Below, piece after piece: positions 53,907 to 63,195 of a stretch of 64,000 nt of DNA. Under the pieces are notes generated by a model that saw only the letters and a program-made list of their open reading frames with translations, did no database searches and was not told where the DNA came from. Source of the DNA: Synechococcus sp. (GTDB taxonomy: Bacteria > Cyanobacteriota > Cyanobacteriia > PCC-6307 > Cyanobiaceae); assembly GCA_047284725.1 (NCBI GenBank), contig JBJBEO010000001.1, forward strand, positions 1,304,203 to 1,368,202, written 5' to 3'. Both the position numbers and the translations under genes were made by a program. Within the stretch, counting starts at the first letter, position 1. Every line of letters begins with the position of its first letter.

Positions 53907-56546
53907 TTAATTTAATTGGCCTGCGGATGTCATTCGAAGCCGTTGATTCTCAAGAAGTTGGCGCAGAACGGGGTTGTGATTGAGCTGCGGATCCGTCTCG
54001 ATCAGACGTCTTGCTTCTTCGCGGGCATCATCAAGAACAGCACCGTCATCGGCGAGGCTCGCAAGCGCAAGATCTGGCAAACCCGACTGACGCGTACCCA
54101 GCACCTGCCCGGGGCCTCTCAAACGAAGATCCATTTCGGCGATCTCAAATCCATCCGTTGATCGCACCAAGACATCCAACCGTTGACGCGCCAAAAGATT
54201 GCGACTGTCGTTGACGAGCAGGCAGTGAGAAGCAGCAGCTCCACGGCCGACGCGTCCCCTGAGCTGATGAAGTTGAGCCAAGCCGAAGCGATCGGCATGG
54301 TCGATCACCATCACACTGGCTTCAGGGACGTCCACTCCCACTTCCACCACCGTGGTGGAGACCAGAACCTGGCAGTTTCCCTGCGCGAAGGCATGAATCA
54401 CGGCGTGCTTTTCAGCACTGCTGAGGCGGCCATGCAACAAGCCCACAGAGAAATCAGGAAAGACCTCTTCGTCGAGTTGACGATGCACATCAACGGCAGA
54501 GCGCAGATCCAATTTCTCCGATTCCTCCACAAGAGGCAGCACCACGTAAGCCCGCTGTCCCTCCTCCACCTGCTGGCGAATCAGGTCGTAAGCCTCCTGA
54601 CGATCTGAGCCGGCAATCTGTCTGGTTTGAATCGGTGTACGACCAGGCGGCAATTCATCGATCTGGCTCACGTCCAGATCACCATGCAAGGAGAGGGCCA
54701 GGGTTCGAGGGATGGGCGTCGCCGTCATCGTGAGCAGGTGCGGCTGAAGTCCTTTGCTGAGCAGACGATTGCGTTGACGCACACCGAAGCGGTGCTGCTC
54801 GTCCACCACCACAAGACCCAGCCGAGAAAAATCCACCGGGTCTTCAATCAAGGCATGGGTTCCGACAAGAATGTGCAGACTGCCGTTGGCAAGATCAGTG
54901 AGCATGCGGCGCCTGTTGGGACGCGACGTTGAGCCTGTGAGCAGCTCAACGCTCAGATGCAGCGGTGTCAACCACCGACAGAGACTGCGGTAATGCTGCT
55001 CGGCCAGGACTTCAGTGGGTGCCATCAACGCCCCCTGCCAGCCTGCATCGATGGCATTGAGCAGGGCCGCGACGGCCACCACCGTTTTGCCACTGCCCAC
55101 ATCCCCCTGCACCAGTCGAGCCATGGGCTCAGGCTTGACGAGATCCTCTTCAATCTCCGCCAGCACCCGTTGCTGCGCTCCAGTGAGAGCAAAGGGCAAC
55201 ACGTTGAGGAACTGCCCCACCAGGCCATCACGCTGACCAACACCCTCAAGCGTTGGCGCCTGGCGCTGACGGATGGCCGCACGACGCTGCATCAACCCCA
55301 GCTGGAGCAACAAAAACTCGTCGAACACCAATCGGCGCCTTGCCTGTTGAAGGCGCTCGCCGTCAACGGGTCGATGGATCCCCCGCAAGGCCTCTGCCTT
55401 GGCAATCAAATCGAGAGACTTGCGTCGATCAGGACAGAGGGGCTCGGGCCAGCCGTCGGCGAGGGGCAACACCAGCTCCACGAGGTTGCGGAGGCGGTCG
55501 GCAGTAAGCCCCTCGGTGAGGCCGTACACAGGCAACAGACGGCCGATCTGACGGGAGCGCAGGGGAGCACCGGCGGATTCCATCACTTCAATCAAGGGAT
55601 CCTGGAAGGTCAGCCCATAGGGACCCGACTTGACGAAGCCACTGATGGCGACGGTGGCTCCAACCGGGAACTGACGCGTCTGGGCGTGGAGGGCAGCAGG
55701 ACTGCTGAAACGTTTTCCCGCCAGAAACCGCGTGACCTTCAGGCGACCCGTCGGATCCTGCACCTGCAGCTCAAGGATCGAGAGGTTGGGATTACGGGGA
55801 CTGGTGAAGCCATGACATCGGCGCACGCACGCCACGATGGTGGCCGTCTCTCCGGCCTCCAGCGCTTCAATCCGACGCATGGCGGAATAGTCGACATAGT
55901 CGCGCGGGTAATAGAGCAGTAGATCGCGCACGACCAGAAGGCCCAGACTCGCCAATCGCTCGGCCAACTTCGGTCCGATTCCCTTCACCCGTGCCAATGG
56001 AGCCTCAAGGCTGATGGGCCCTGCCGACGTCATGCTTGCTTTGGCAACTGCCTGAGACTCCGCCAGCCTGAGGCGTGGCGGCGCGATCGGCTGAGTGGGT
56101 TCCAACCGTTGACGCAAGCCATGCAGCCACTGGCGGGTGGTGGTGACCAGACGGCGACGGGCTGCTTCCTGAAGGGAGGGGTAGCCGCTGTAAGCCTCCA
56201 TGAAATTCTGCAGACGCGCCCTGCTATCAGCCGGCAGGGGAATGGGTGGCGGGGTCGATAACTCGCGTGTCAGGAAGGAATGGAACCGTTCCTGACGCCC
56301 CTGCAGATCGACAAACCCACGGTCAGCCTCAAGGGTCAAGGCCGTCTGCAGCGGTCGCAACCAGGCATGCAGCAGTTTCAGATCGGCCGCAGAGCAAGCC
56401 GGCGTCAGGTCTGGGGGGAACTGTTGGGGGGACTCTGCCACCACTGTTTCTGCACCTGATGGGTCTGGGCACGCCGCTGCCAGTGGCGCTGCTGTCGAAC
56501 CATTGTGAGCAAGCTGCGCTTGCGCTGACGAAGGCTGCTGCGACAA
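53907..56546 (-). CDS. recG: ATP-dependent DNA helicase RecG
   Basis: RLVQGDVGSGKT, MAPTEVLAEQH, DEQHRFG, MTATPIPRTL, QLHQLRGRVGRG. True start probably downstream of 56546. Confidence 0.96.
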   Translation of the reverse strand: MSQQPSSAQAQLAHNGSTAAPLAAACPDPSGAETVVAESPQQFPPDLTPACSAADLKLLHAWLRPLQTALTLEADRGFVDLQGRQERFHSFLTRELSTPPPIPLPADSRARLQNFMEAYSGYPSLQEAARRRLVTTTRQWLHGLRQRLEPTQPIAPPRLRLAESQAVAKASMTSAGPISLEAPLARVKGIGPKLAERLASLGLLVVRDLLLYYPRDYVDYSAMRRIEALEAGETATIVACVRRCHGFTSPRNPNLSILELQVQDPTGRLKVTRFLAGKRFSSPAALHAQTRQFPVGATVAISGFVKSGPYGLTFQDPLIEVMESAGAPLRSRQIGRLLPVYGLTEGLTADRLRNLVELVLPLADGWPEPLCPDRRKSLDLIAKAEALRGIHRPVDGERLQQARRRLVFDEFLLLQLGLMQRRAAIRQRQAPTLEGVGQRDGLVGQFLNVLPFALTGAQQRVLAEIEEDLVKPEPMARLVQGDVGSGKTVVAVAALLNAIDAGWQGALMAPTEVLAEQHYRSLCRWLTPLHLSVELLTGSTSRPNRRRMLTDLANGSLHILVGTHALIEDPVDFSRLGLVVVDEQHRFGVRQRNRLLSKGLQPHLLTMTATPIPRTLALSLHGDLDVSQIDELPPGRTPIQTRQIAGSDRQEAYDLIRQQVEEGQRAYVVLPLVEESEKLDLRSAVDVHRQLDEEVFPDFSVGLLHGRLSSAEKHAVIHAFAQGNCQVLVSTTVVEVGVDVPEASVMVIDHADRFGLAQLHQLRGRVGRGAAASHCLLVNDSRNLLARQRLDVLVRSTDGFEIAEMDLRLRGPGQVLGTRQSGLPDLALASLADDGAVLDDAREEARRLIETDPQLNHNPVLRQLLENQRLRMTSAGQLN

Positions 56547-57643
56547 CGACGTAAAGACACCAGATCAAACTCAAGGTCTGCGGTGCGAAGCAACACACAG
56601 TTGAGGTCAATCAGGTCATCACTACCCTGAGCCATCGTCGGCAGGGGCACTCTCAGGCGCAGCAGATTCGAAGCTGATGGCAAGGTTTCCACCTGTCCCG
56701 AAAGCACGGCATCCAGAAGGCTCATCGGCAACAAGCTGCTGGCCAGGCCAGCTCGAAGCAACTCCACGTTGATGGCATGGGAAAGATTGCGAAGACGACG
56801 CTTGACCGCCCAATCAAGCCCGTCCAGCCAGCGTTGCAGCTCCAGAGGCATCGACGGCATGAACTCCGAAGCGTTGTCGCTCGAGCTGGACGAGGGTTCC
56901 TCGGCGTCAGCAACGTTGCGAAGGGAAGCCTGGTCCTCTGCATCCATCGCCTGGCCGGCCATCACGAACAAGGAACGCAGCAGAGCCAAATCGGTGCTCC
57001 CGTGGGATGAATCGCCATCTAGCCCAGACGGATCGGCCCCTGTTGAAGGCTCGTCGAACAGGACGTCGGATCCCAACGACGCATCCTCCTCAGCAGGTTC
57101 ATCGTCGGGCTGACCAAGCGGTGGAAGCAATCCCTCCAGCAGCTCAGGTTGATCGATCGGCGGGGACAAACTCAGGCTCACCGAGCCCGCTCCATCTCCT
57201 GCATCGGAGCCAGAGCCAGCGCGCTCAGGGTCACGGTGCGGGCGTGCACCCTCAACGGCATCCGAGTGTCGTTGCAGGGAGTCCACCATCGACTGCTTCA
57301 GTTGACGACGCTGGATGTGCTCTTCCTGCGCAAGATCCCGGGCCAACAGTTGCAGCTGCTCAATGGTGAGCAAGGATGAACACCGCTTGACCAGCTGATC
57401 AATCCGACCCTGAAGTTCGTCACGGGATTGTTCGGACACCTGAATGAGGCGATCACGATCGATGCCACACAGCAACTCACCTAGGGCCGTATGGACAACC
57501 TGAGGGAGGTGGTGGCGAAGACGACGAAGGTAATCGGCTTGGTCAGCATAAAAAGCTGGTGCCGAATCACGACACCAGCTGCGTAGACGAGCCAGTTGCT
57601 CGTCAGGATTGAAGGAGACGTTCCTGTCTTGGTGGGTCGCCAA
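56405..57643 (-). CDS. Conserved cyanobacterial hypothetical protein
   Basis: 412-aa ORF between tsf and recG with an acidic central linker and LRNLSHAIN.ELLRAG...LLP motif. Confidence 0.7.
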   Translation of the reverse strand: MATHQDRNVSFNPDEQLARLRSWCRDSAPAFYADQADYLRRLRHHLPQVVHTALGELLCGIDRDRLIQVSEQSRDELQGRIDQLVKRCSSLLTIEQLQLLARDLAQEEHIQRRQLKQSMVDSLQRHSDAVEGARPHRDPERAGSGSDAGDGAGSVSLSLSPPIDQPELLEGLLPPLGQPDDEPAEEDASLGSDVLFDEPSTGADPSGLDGDSSHGSTDLALLRSLFVMAGQAMDAEDQASLRNVADAEEPSSSSSDNASEFMPSMPLELQRWLDGLDWAVKRRLRNLSHAINVELLRAGLASSLLPMSLLDAVLSGQVETLPSASNLLRLRVPLPTMAQGSDDLIDLNCVLLRTADLEFDLVSLRRCRSSLRQRKRSLLTMVRQQRHWQRRAQTHQVQKQWWQSPPNSSPQT

Positions 57644-57645
57644 GA

Positions 57646-58302
57646 TCAGCCTTTGGCCATCGAGGCCACTTCGGTCGCGAAGTCAACCTGCTCAACCTCG
57701 ATCCCTTCACCCAGGGTGTAACGAGTGAAGCGACGCACCTGAACGTTTTCACCGATTTTGCCGGCAGCCTGCTTGACCAGTTCGGCAACGGAAATGGAGC
57801 TGTCTTTGATGAAAGGTTGCTCCATCAACGCCAGTTCCTTCAGGCGCTTGGCAATACGCCCTTCAACAATTTTCTCCTTCATTTGATCCGGCTTGCCATC
57901 GAGATCATCACGGCCCATCTCGATCGACTTCTCGCGGTCGCGGATCTCGTTGGGAATTTCGTCGGTGGTCACGTACTCAACGTTGGGGCAAGCAGCGATC
58001 TGCATGGCTACATCGCGAAGCAGCTCTTGGAACATGTCGCCACGGGCGACGAAGTCGGTCTCGCAGTTCACTTCCACAAGCACACCAACGCGTGCACCCG
58101 TGTGGATGTAGCTACCGATGGAACCCTCCGCAGCGGTACGGCCTGACTTCTTCTCGGCGCTGGCGATGCCCTTCTGACGAAGCCATTCAACGGCCTTGTC
58201 GCAATCACCGTCTGTCGCTGCAAGGGCTTTCTTGCAGTCCATCATTCCTGCGCCGGTTTTATCGCGCAGTTCCTTGACAAGCTTGGCGGATACGGCAGCC
58301 AT
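57646..58302 (-). CDS. tsf: Elongation factor Ts (short cyanobacterial form)
   Basis: [51 protein letters not shown]. Confidence 0.98.
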   Translation of the reverse strand: MAAVSAKLVKELRDKTGAGMMDCKKALAATDGDCDKAVEWLRQKGIASAEKKSGRTAAEGSIGSYIHTGARVGVLVEVNCETDFVARGDMFQELLRDVAMQIAACPNVEYVTTDEIPNEIRDREKSIEMGRDDLDGKPDQMKEKIVEGRIAKRLKELALMEQPFIKDSSISVAELVKQAAGKIGENVQVRRFTRYTLGEGIEVEQVDFATEVASMAKG

Positions 58303-58340
58303 CGGAGGGGGGGGGGTGAAAAAGAGTGTTTGACAAGAAG

Positions 58341-58373
58341 TGCCGCCTTCCCGAACCAGGCGGGAGGGCGGCA
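58341..58373 (-). other. Intercistronic GC-rich hairpin between rpsB and tsf (attenuator/processing site candidate)
   Basis: TGCCGCCTTCCCG ... CGGGAGGGCGGCA near-perfect inverted repeat. Confidence 0.55.
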
Positions 58374-58394
58374 ACTGAAAGATGACGACAGGGA

Positions 58395-59114
58395 TCAGCC
58401 CTGGTAATCGTCTCCGCCGCGCTGATCGTTGGCACCGTGACGGCCTTCATTGATGGCATCAGCCAGACGGCTGAGCACCAGCTGAACGGAACGCACAGCG
58501 TCGTCGTTGCAAGGGATGGGAACCTCGCAGAGGTCCGGATCGCAATTGGTGTCGAGCATGGACACCAGAGGGATGTCGAGCTTGCGGGCCTCGAGAACCG
58601 CATTGGTTTCACGACGTTGATCCACCAGGACCACCACGTCGGGAAGACGGCGCATGTTCTTGAGACCGCCCAGATACTTCTGAAGACGCTCGAGCTCACG
58701 ACGAAGAACTGCAGCCTCCTTCTTGGGGCGCATGGCGATGGCGCCGCTGGACTCCATCCGCTCCAGATCCTTGAGGCGATCGATCCGAGCCTTCATGGTG
58801 GTCCAGTTGGTGAGCATGCCCCCCAACCAACGCTGATTCACATAGGAACCACCACAACGGGAGGCCTCGAGAGCGACTACTTCAGAAGCCTGCTTCTTGG
58901 TGCCGACGAAGAGGAAACGCTTGCCGCTGCGAGCAGCTGAACGCACCCACTTGTAGGCGTTGTTCATGCAGACGGCGGTCTGCACGAGGTCAATGATGTG
59001 GACTCCATTGCGCGCGCAATAGATGTAGCGCGACATCTTGGGATTCCAACGACGGGTCTGGTGCCCAAAGTGGGCACCAGCCTCCATCATTTCGGAGAGA
59101 GTGACAACAGCCAT
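58395..59114 (-). CDS. rpsB: 30S ribosomal protein S2
   Basis: [46 protein letters not shown]. Confidence 0.99.
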   Translation of the reverse strand: MAVVTLSEMMEAGAHFGHQTRRWNPKMSRYIYCARNGVHIIDLVQTAVCMNNAYKWVRSAARSGKRFLFVGTKKQASEVVALEASRCGGSYVNQRWLGGMLTNWTTMKARIDRLKDLERMESSGAIAMRPKKEAAVLRRELERLQKYLGGLKNMRRLPDVVVLVDQRRETNAVLEARKLDIPLVSMLDTNCDPDLCEVPIPCNDDAVRSVQLVLSRLADAINEGRHGANDQRGGDDYQG

Positions 59115-59125
59115 GGTGTTTGGGG

Positions 59126-59190
59126 TTTCGGGTTCGCCTCCACCTGTCAGGGATGGTCAAAGACCAGCACCCGAAACAGACAGGTGTGCG
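59126..59190 (-). promoter_or_regulatory. rpsB (S2) autoregulatory leader RNA with pseudoknot
   Basis: mRNA order: CACCUGUC, UUUCGGGU, GACAGGUG, GAGGCGA, ACCCGAAA. Two interleaved perfect 8-bp helices. Confidence 0.8.
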
Positions 59191-59226
59191 GAATGAAAGA
59201 ACCTGATGAACTTATCAAAAGGCCGA

Positions 59227-60159
59227 TCAGCGCAGCCCAAGGGCTTTGGCCTCTCTGAACAGAGCCCGCACGCCGATTCGGTTCAAAGGAAGTCGCAGCA
59301 ATTCCATCGCCAGCGCAGCTCGGTGATGACGAATCAGCCAGGCCAAGAGAGGACGAAGGCTGCGCTCGTTGATCAGACCACCCAGAGTGAGCAGCTCCCA
59401 GAGAGCGAGGTGTAACCAAGTGAACTGAATGATGAAACGCACCCTTCGCGTTGGATGCTTTCGGTAGAACACCAGCCCCATCTTGGCTCGTTCCTGCTCA
59501 ACACGAATCAGGTCAGGAACCTGGGCCAAGGACAAAGCAGGATGCCAGTGATAGCCGACAGCCTCGGGGCATTTGACCAGCTGCACACCCATCTGACGCA
59601 GGCGCTCACCCAGTTCGAGGTCCTCCCATCCGTAAAGACGGAAGCCTGTGTCGAACAGGCCCGATTGCTGAAGCACTGCACGGTCGATCGCCACATTGCC
59701 CGTGGCGAAATAGGCCCATGACAGATCCCGCAACTTGTGACGTTCTGCGCTGGGTTGGTCGAAGTTGGCAGTATTGATCACCGCCCCATAGGTGAAACAG
59801 AGCCTGTTGCTGCGCTGAGCCCAGCTGCGGCTCAGTGCCCGGGCATGACTGACCAGGAACACCGGGGTGACGACAAGGTCACTGTCGATGAAAACGATCA
59901 CATCACCACGGGCCTGATCAACGCCGCGATTGCGGGCTTCGGCAGGTCCGCCATGGTCCTGCTCAATCAGACGCAGATGGGGAAAATGCTGCGCCTGTTC
60001 CCGCAGACGAAGAGGCGTTCCATCCGTCGAACCATCATCCACCACCACCACCTCATATCCCTCGACTTCGCCTGAGGGCGCCTGATCTTCAAGGGCCGTG
60101 AGGCACTTCTCAAGGATGGGCCAACGGTTGTAGGTGGGGATGACAACGCTGAAGAACAT
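59227..60159 (-). CDS. Family 2 glycosyltransferase
   Basis: SVVIPTYNR, VVVDDGSTDGT, GPAEARNRG, FIDSD, YGWEDLELG.RL. Confidence 0.93.
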   Translation of the reverse strand: MFFSVVIPTYNRWPILEKCLTALEDQAPSGEVEGYEVVVVDDGSTDGTPLRLREQAQHFPHLRLIEQDHGGPAEARNRGVDQARGDVIVFIDSDLVVTPVFLVSHARALSRSWAQRSNRLCFTYGAVINTANFDQPSAERHKLRDLSWAYFATGNVAIDRAVLQQSGLFDTGFRLYGWEDLELGERLRQMGVQLVKCPEAVGYHWHPALSLAQVPDLIRVEQERAKMGLVFYRKHPTRRVRFIIQFTWLHLALWELLTLGGLINERSLRPLLAWLIRHHRAALAMELLRLPLNRIGVRALFREAKALGLR

Positions 60160-60202
60160 CCGCGCTCGATCGGAGCAAGTGAACAGTCAGCCTAAAGACA
60201 CG

Positions 60203-60225
60203 AAAAAAGGGGGCTTCTGCCCCCT
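60203..60225 (-). terminator. Rho-independent terminator after the small basic ORF
   Basis: Minus strand reads AGGGGGC-AGAA-GCCCCCT followed by a T run. Confidence 0.85.
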
Positions 60226-60252
60226 AATCAACGGATGCACTGATCGCAGGGA

Positions 60253-60408
60253 TCAGTCAGCAGCACCACCGTTGTTAGCGGTTCCGGTCACCCCGTTACC
60301 GGCACCTTCGCCACGGCCGTCATTCCGCATCTTGCGCTTCTTGAACTTGCGGGCATAGGCGCGGTTGCGCTCCTGCTTTTCCTTCTTGAGGTTCCTGCGC
60401 TTGGCCAT
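60253..60408 (-). CDS. 51-aa Lys/Arg-rich small protein (absent from the ORF track)
   Basis: MAKRRNLKKEKQERNRAYARKFKKRKMRNDGRGEGAGNGVTGTANNGGAAD*. Codons are those of highly expressed genes, and it has its own terminator. Confidence 0.85.
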   Translation of the reverse strand: MAKRRNLKKEKQERNRAYARKFKKRKMRNDGRGEGAGNGVTGTANNGGAAD

Positions 60409-60443
60409 CGCGGAGTTGATGAAAACAATGGATTCACACCAAC

Positions 60444-61124
60444 CTACCCAACGGTGGAGAAGAGGCGACCATCATCCATTCGCAATAAGCGATCAGCGAC
60501 ATCAAGAATGCGTGGATCGTGGGTGACCATCAACACGGAGCAATCCTGTTCACGGGCTAGCCGTTTGAGCAGATCCACCACCTCCCGTCCAGAGGTGCTG
60601 TCAAGCGCTGCAGTGGGTTCATCAGCCAACAACAACCTGGGGTGGGCAGCCAGTGCCCGCGCAATGGCAACCCTCTGTTTCTGACCACCGGAAAGATCGT
60701 GTGGGAGTTTATTGAGGTGGTCGCCAAGACCGACAGCCCTCAACCACTCCCGGGAGAGATCCCGCCTGGCCAGATACGACTGATCAGGCAGGAGATCAGC
60801 TCCCATCTGCACGTTCTGCTCTGCCGTGAGGCAACGCAGCAGGTTGTGTCCCTGAAAAATCATGCCGATCTTCCGGCGCAGTCGCTGACGCGCACCACGA
60901 CCGGCGCCATTCAGAGACTGACCGAGCACGTCCACCTGTCCCTGCTGCACCTTGCGCAACGCTCCAATCAGGGTGAGCAGAGTGGTTTTACCGCAACCTG
61001 AAGGGCCGCTGAGCAGCACCACCTCTCCAGGTTGGATCGAAAGAGCGATCCCCTGCAACACTTGCCGCCTGTTGGAGCCGCGGCCAAACCAGTGGCTGAG
61101 CCCATCAATGCAAACTGCCGCCAT
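60444..61124 (-). CDS. devA: DevA-family ABC exporter ATPase
   Basis: GPSGCGKTTLLTLIGALR, IGMIFQGHNL, LSGGQKQRVAIARAL, ADEPTAALD. Confidence 0.9.
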   Translation of the reverse strand: MAAVCIDGLSHWFGRGSNRRQVLQGIALSIQPGEVVLLSGPSGCGKTTLLTLIGALRKVQQGQVDVLGQSLNGAGRGARQRLRRKIGMIFQGHNLLRCLTAEQNVQMGADLLPDQSYLARRDLSREWLRAVGLGDHLNKLPHDLSGGQKQRVAIARALAAHPRLLLADEPTAALDSTSGREVVDLLKRLAREQDCSVLMVTHDPRILDVADRLLRMDDGRLFSTVG

Positions 61125-62296
61125 CAGAAGATCTCCGCAGGGTCGGCATCGACAAGACGGCGCATGGCCAGGCCAGCGGAGAGCATGCACATCACAAGGA
61201 TCATCGTGAACACGGTGAACGCCCTGGTGAAATCCATGCCCACCGGCAAACGGGTGGTGTCACGGACCAGCCAAAACAGCCCCTGGCCTGCCAGATAAGC
61301 AGGGAGATAACCGATCACCGCCAGCAACAAGCCTTGCCGCACCACAACGCCTAACAGGGTGTCGACCCGGTACCCCATGGCCATCAGGGTGGCGTATTCA
61401 GGCAGATGGTCACTGACATCCGTGTAGAGGATCTGGTAAACGATCACGCAGCCCACCACAAAGCCCATGGCGGCACCCAGCGAGAAGATGAAACCGATGG
61501 ACGTACTGGTGCGCCAGTAGTTCTGCTCGAAATCGATGAAACTCTGCTTGGTGAGCACGCGGACGTCACTGGGAAGCAACTTGGTGAGACGGGCCTGAAC
61601 GGCAGCCGGGTCGGCTCCAGGCCTGAGGCGTATCAAGCCGAGTTCAATGGATCCCTGCGCTTTGTTTGGCATCAGATCCAGAAAGGTTTCCGAGCTAGTC
61701 AGTAAATTCCCGTCGGCACCAAAGCTGGTACCGATGGCCACCAGCCCAGCCACGCGCACCCGATGGCCGCTGATTTCGCTCTCCACGGTGCGACCGTCTC
61801 GAAACCAGTCCGCCACAGGTCCGAATTCCGGCCTGGAACGTTCATCAAAGAGCACTCTTCCTTTCTGCGACAGCAACGCAGCCTCCACCGATAGATCAGG
61901 GTTCATGAGGAACGGATCCTCCGGGTCGAATCCGAGGGCCAGAATCGATCGTGTTGTGCGCGTTTCCGGATTGCGCCAGAGCATCAGACTCCAGTGAACT
62001 GGGGTGATCCCTTCAACCTCGGCATCGGCAAACGTCTGAAACAGCCTGCGTCTGGGGAATCCAGCCATGCTCACCGAACTCGTGGAGCGCGGACTGATCA
62101 AGACCAGGTCGGCGTCAAAGCGACGGTGAACCGTGACACTGGCGTCGAACAATCCATCTCGGAATCCGAGCTGCATGAACATCAGGATTCCGGCAAAGCT
62201 GATGCCAGCGAGGGCTACCGCCAGGCGCACAGGCTGACGAATCAACATCAGGGAGGCCAGCGGAATGCGCCTTCTCTGCCAGAAGCTCATCCTCAC
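61124..62296 (-). CDS. devC: DevC-family ABC exporter permease
   Basis: RLAVALAGISFAGILMFMQLGF, VYQILYTDVSDHLPEYATL.AMGY, ADPAEIF. Confidence 0.92.
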   Translation of the reverse strand: MRMSFWQRRRIPLASLMLIRQPVRLAVALAGISFAGILMFMQLGFRDGLFDASVTVHRRFDADLVLISPRSTSSVSMAGFPRRRLFQTFADAEVEGITPVHWSLMLWRNPETRTTRSILALGFDPEDPFLMNPDLSVEAALLSQKGRVLFDERSRPEFGPVADWFRDGRTVESEISGHRVRVAGLVAIGTSFGADGNLLTSSETFLDLMPNKAQGSIELGLIRLRPGADPAAVQARLTKLLPSDVRVLTKQSFIDFEQNYWRTSTSIGFIFSLGAAMGFVVGCVIVYQILYTDVSDHLPEYATLMAMGYRVDTLLGVVVRQGLLLAVIGYLPAYLAGQGLFWLVRDTTRLPVGMDFTRAFTVFTMILVMCMLSAGLAMRRLVDADPAEIF

Positions 62297-63195
62297 TGAG
62301 CCGAGAAGCGTGCAATCACTTTCATGCCCGCAAGGCTTGTCACCCTCGCAGCGGAATCCGGATCCAGCTGAACGCGCACCTCCACAACGCGGGCATCAGC
62401 ATCTCCCGTGGGATCTGTCGACAACACCTGACGCTGACGCACCTGCGGGCTGATCCGGATCACGCGACCCTGAAGCGTTCCCTTGAATCCACCATTCTCG
62501 CTTGCGAGTGTGACGGGCTGTTCCAGGCGGATGCGGTTCACATCCGATTCGTACACCTCGATCAACGCCTCCATGCGTTGACTGGCGCCCACTTCAATCA
62601 TGCCCTCATCGCCAGGGCGCTCCCCCTCCCGGGTCTGCACCCGAAGAACGAGTCCATCAATCGGGGAACGCAGCTCACTGTCGGCAAGATCGGCCAAAAG
62701 CTTGCGACGCTCCGCGTCGGCTTCCTGCCATTGACCTTGAAGGCGCAGCAGTTCAGCTCGCTTGTCATCCAGTGACACCAACGCCGCCGCCCCGACCGAC
62801 GCCGCCTTGGTATAGCGCTCAACTTGCTTTTGCTGCAGGCGAATGTTGTCGGTGAGCGTGCGAAGACGAGCATCCACGACACCGAGATCGGCCTCGAGCT
62901 GAGGACGGTTGTCGAAACGAGCCAAGACCTGGCCGGCCTGAACCGCATCCCCTTCCTTCACAAGCAACGCAGACACCCTTGGGGTGCCGCCAAAACCACT
63001 CCAAGGGGCCGCCAGCTTTCTCACATCACCGGCAGGCTCCAGCTGACCCAAGGCAGCAACAGCTTCAGGCGCACGGACGATGGGATCTTCAGCAGGGGCT
63101 TGGCTGGCGTCATGGGGCCTGTTGAGCGCATAGAGACCAGCCATGACGACCAGGCCCAGGCCACCGCTCAACAGCAGGAGCAATGGACGTCGCAT
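62293..63195 (-). CDS. devB: DevB/HlyD-family membrane fusion protein
   Basis: N-terminal TM, VAALGQLEP.G, LLVKEGD.V.AGQ.LA, SPIDG, EVYESD, DARVVEV. Confidence 0.9.
   Translation of the reverse strand: MRRPLLLLLSGGLGLVVMAGLYALNRPHDASQAPAEDPIVRAPEAVAALGQLEPAGDVRKLAAPWSGFGGTPRVSALLVKEGDAVQAGQVLARFDNRPQLEADLGVVDARLRTLTDNIRLQQKQVERYTKAASVGAAALVSLDDKRAELLRLQGQWQEADAERRKLLADLADSELRSPIDGLVLRVQTREGERPGDEGMIEVGASQRMEALIEVYESDVNRIRLEQPVTLASENGGFKGTLQGRVIRISPQVRQRQVLSTDPTGDADARVVEVRVQLDPDSAARVTSLAGMKVIARFSAQ

Noticed and set aside
56405..56546. 142-bp same-strand overlap between the hypothetical gene and recG
   Set aside because: Most likely caused by the ORF caller choosing the most upstream TTG. The true recG start is unresolved.
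58307..58316. G10 homopolymer just upstream of tsf (phase variation?)
   Set aside because: It is non-coding and upstream of an essential gene. Pyrimidine-rich leaders also precede other genes here.
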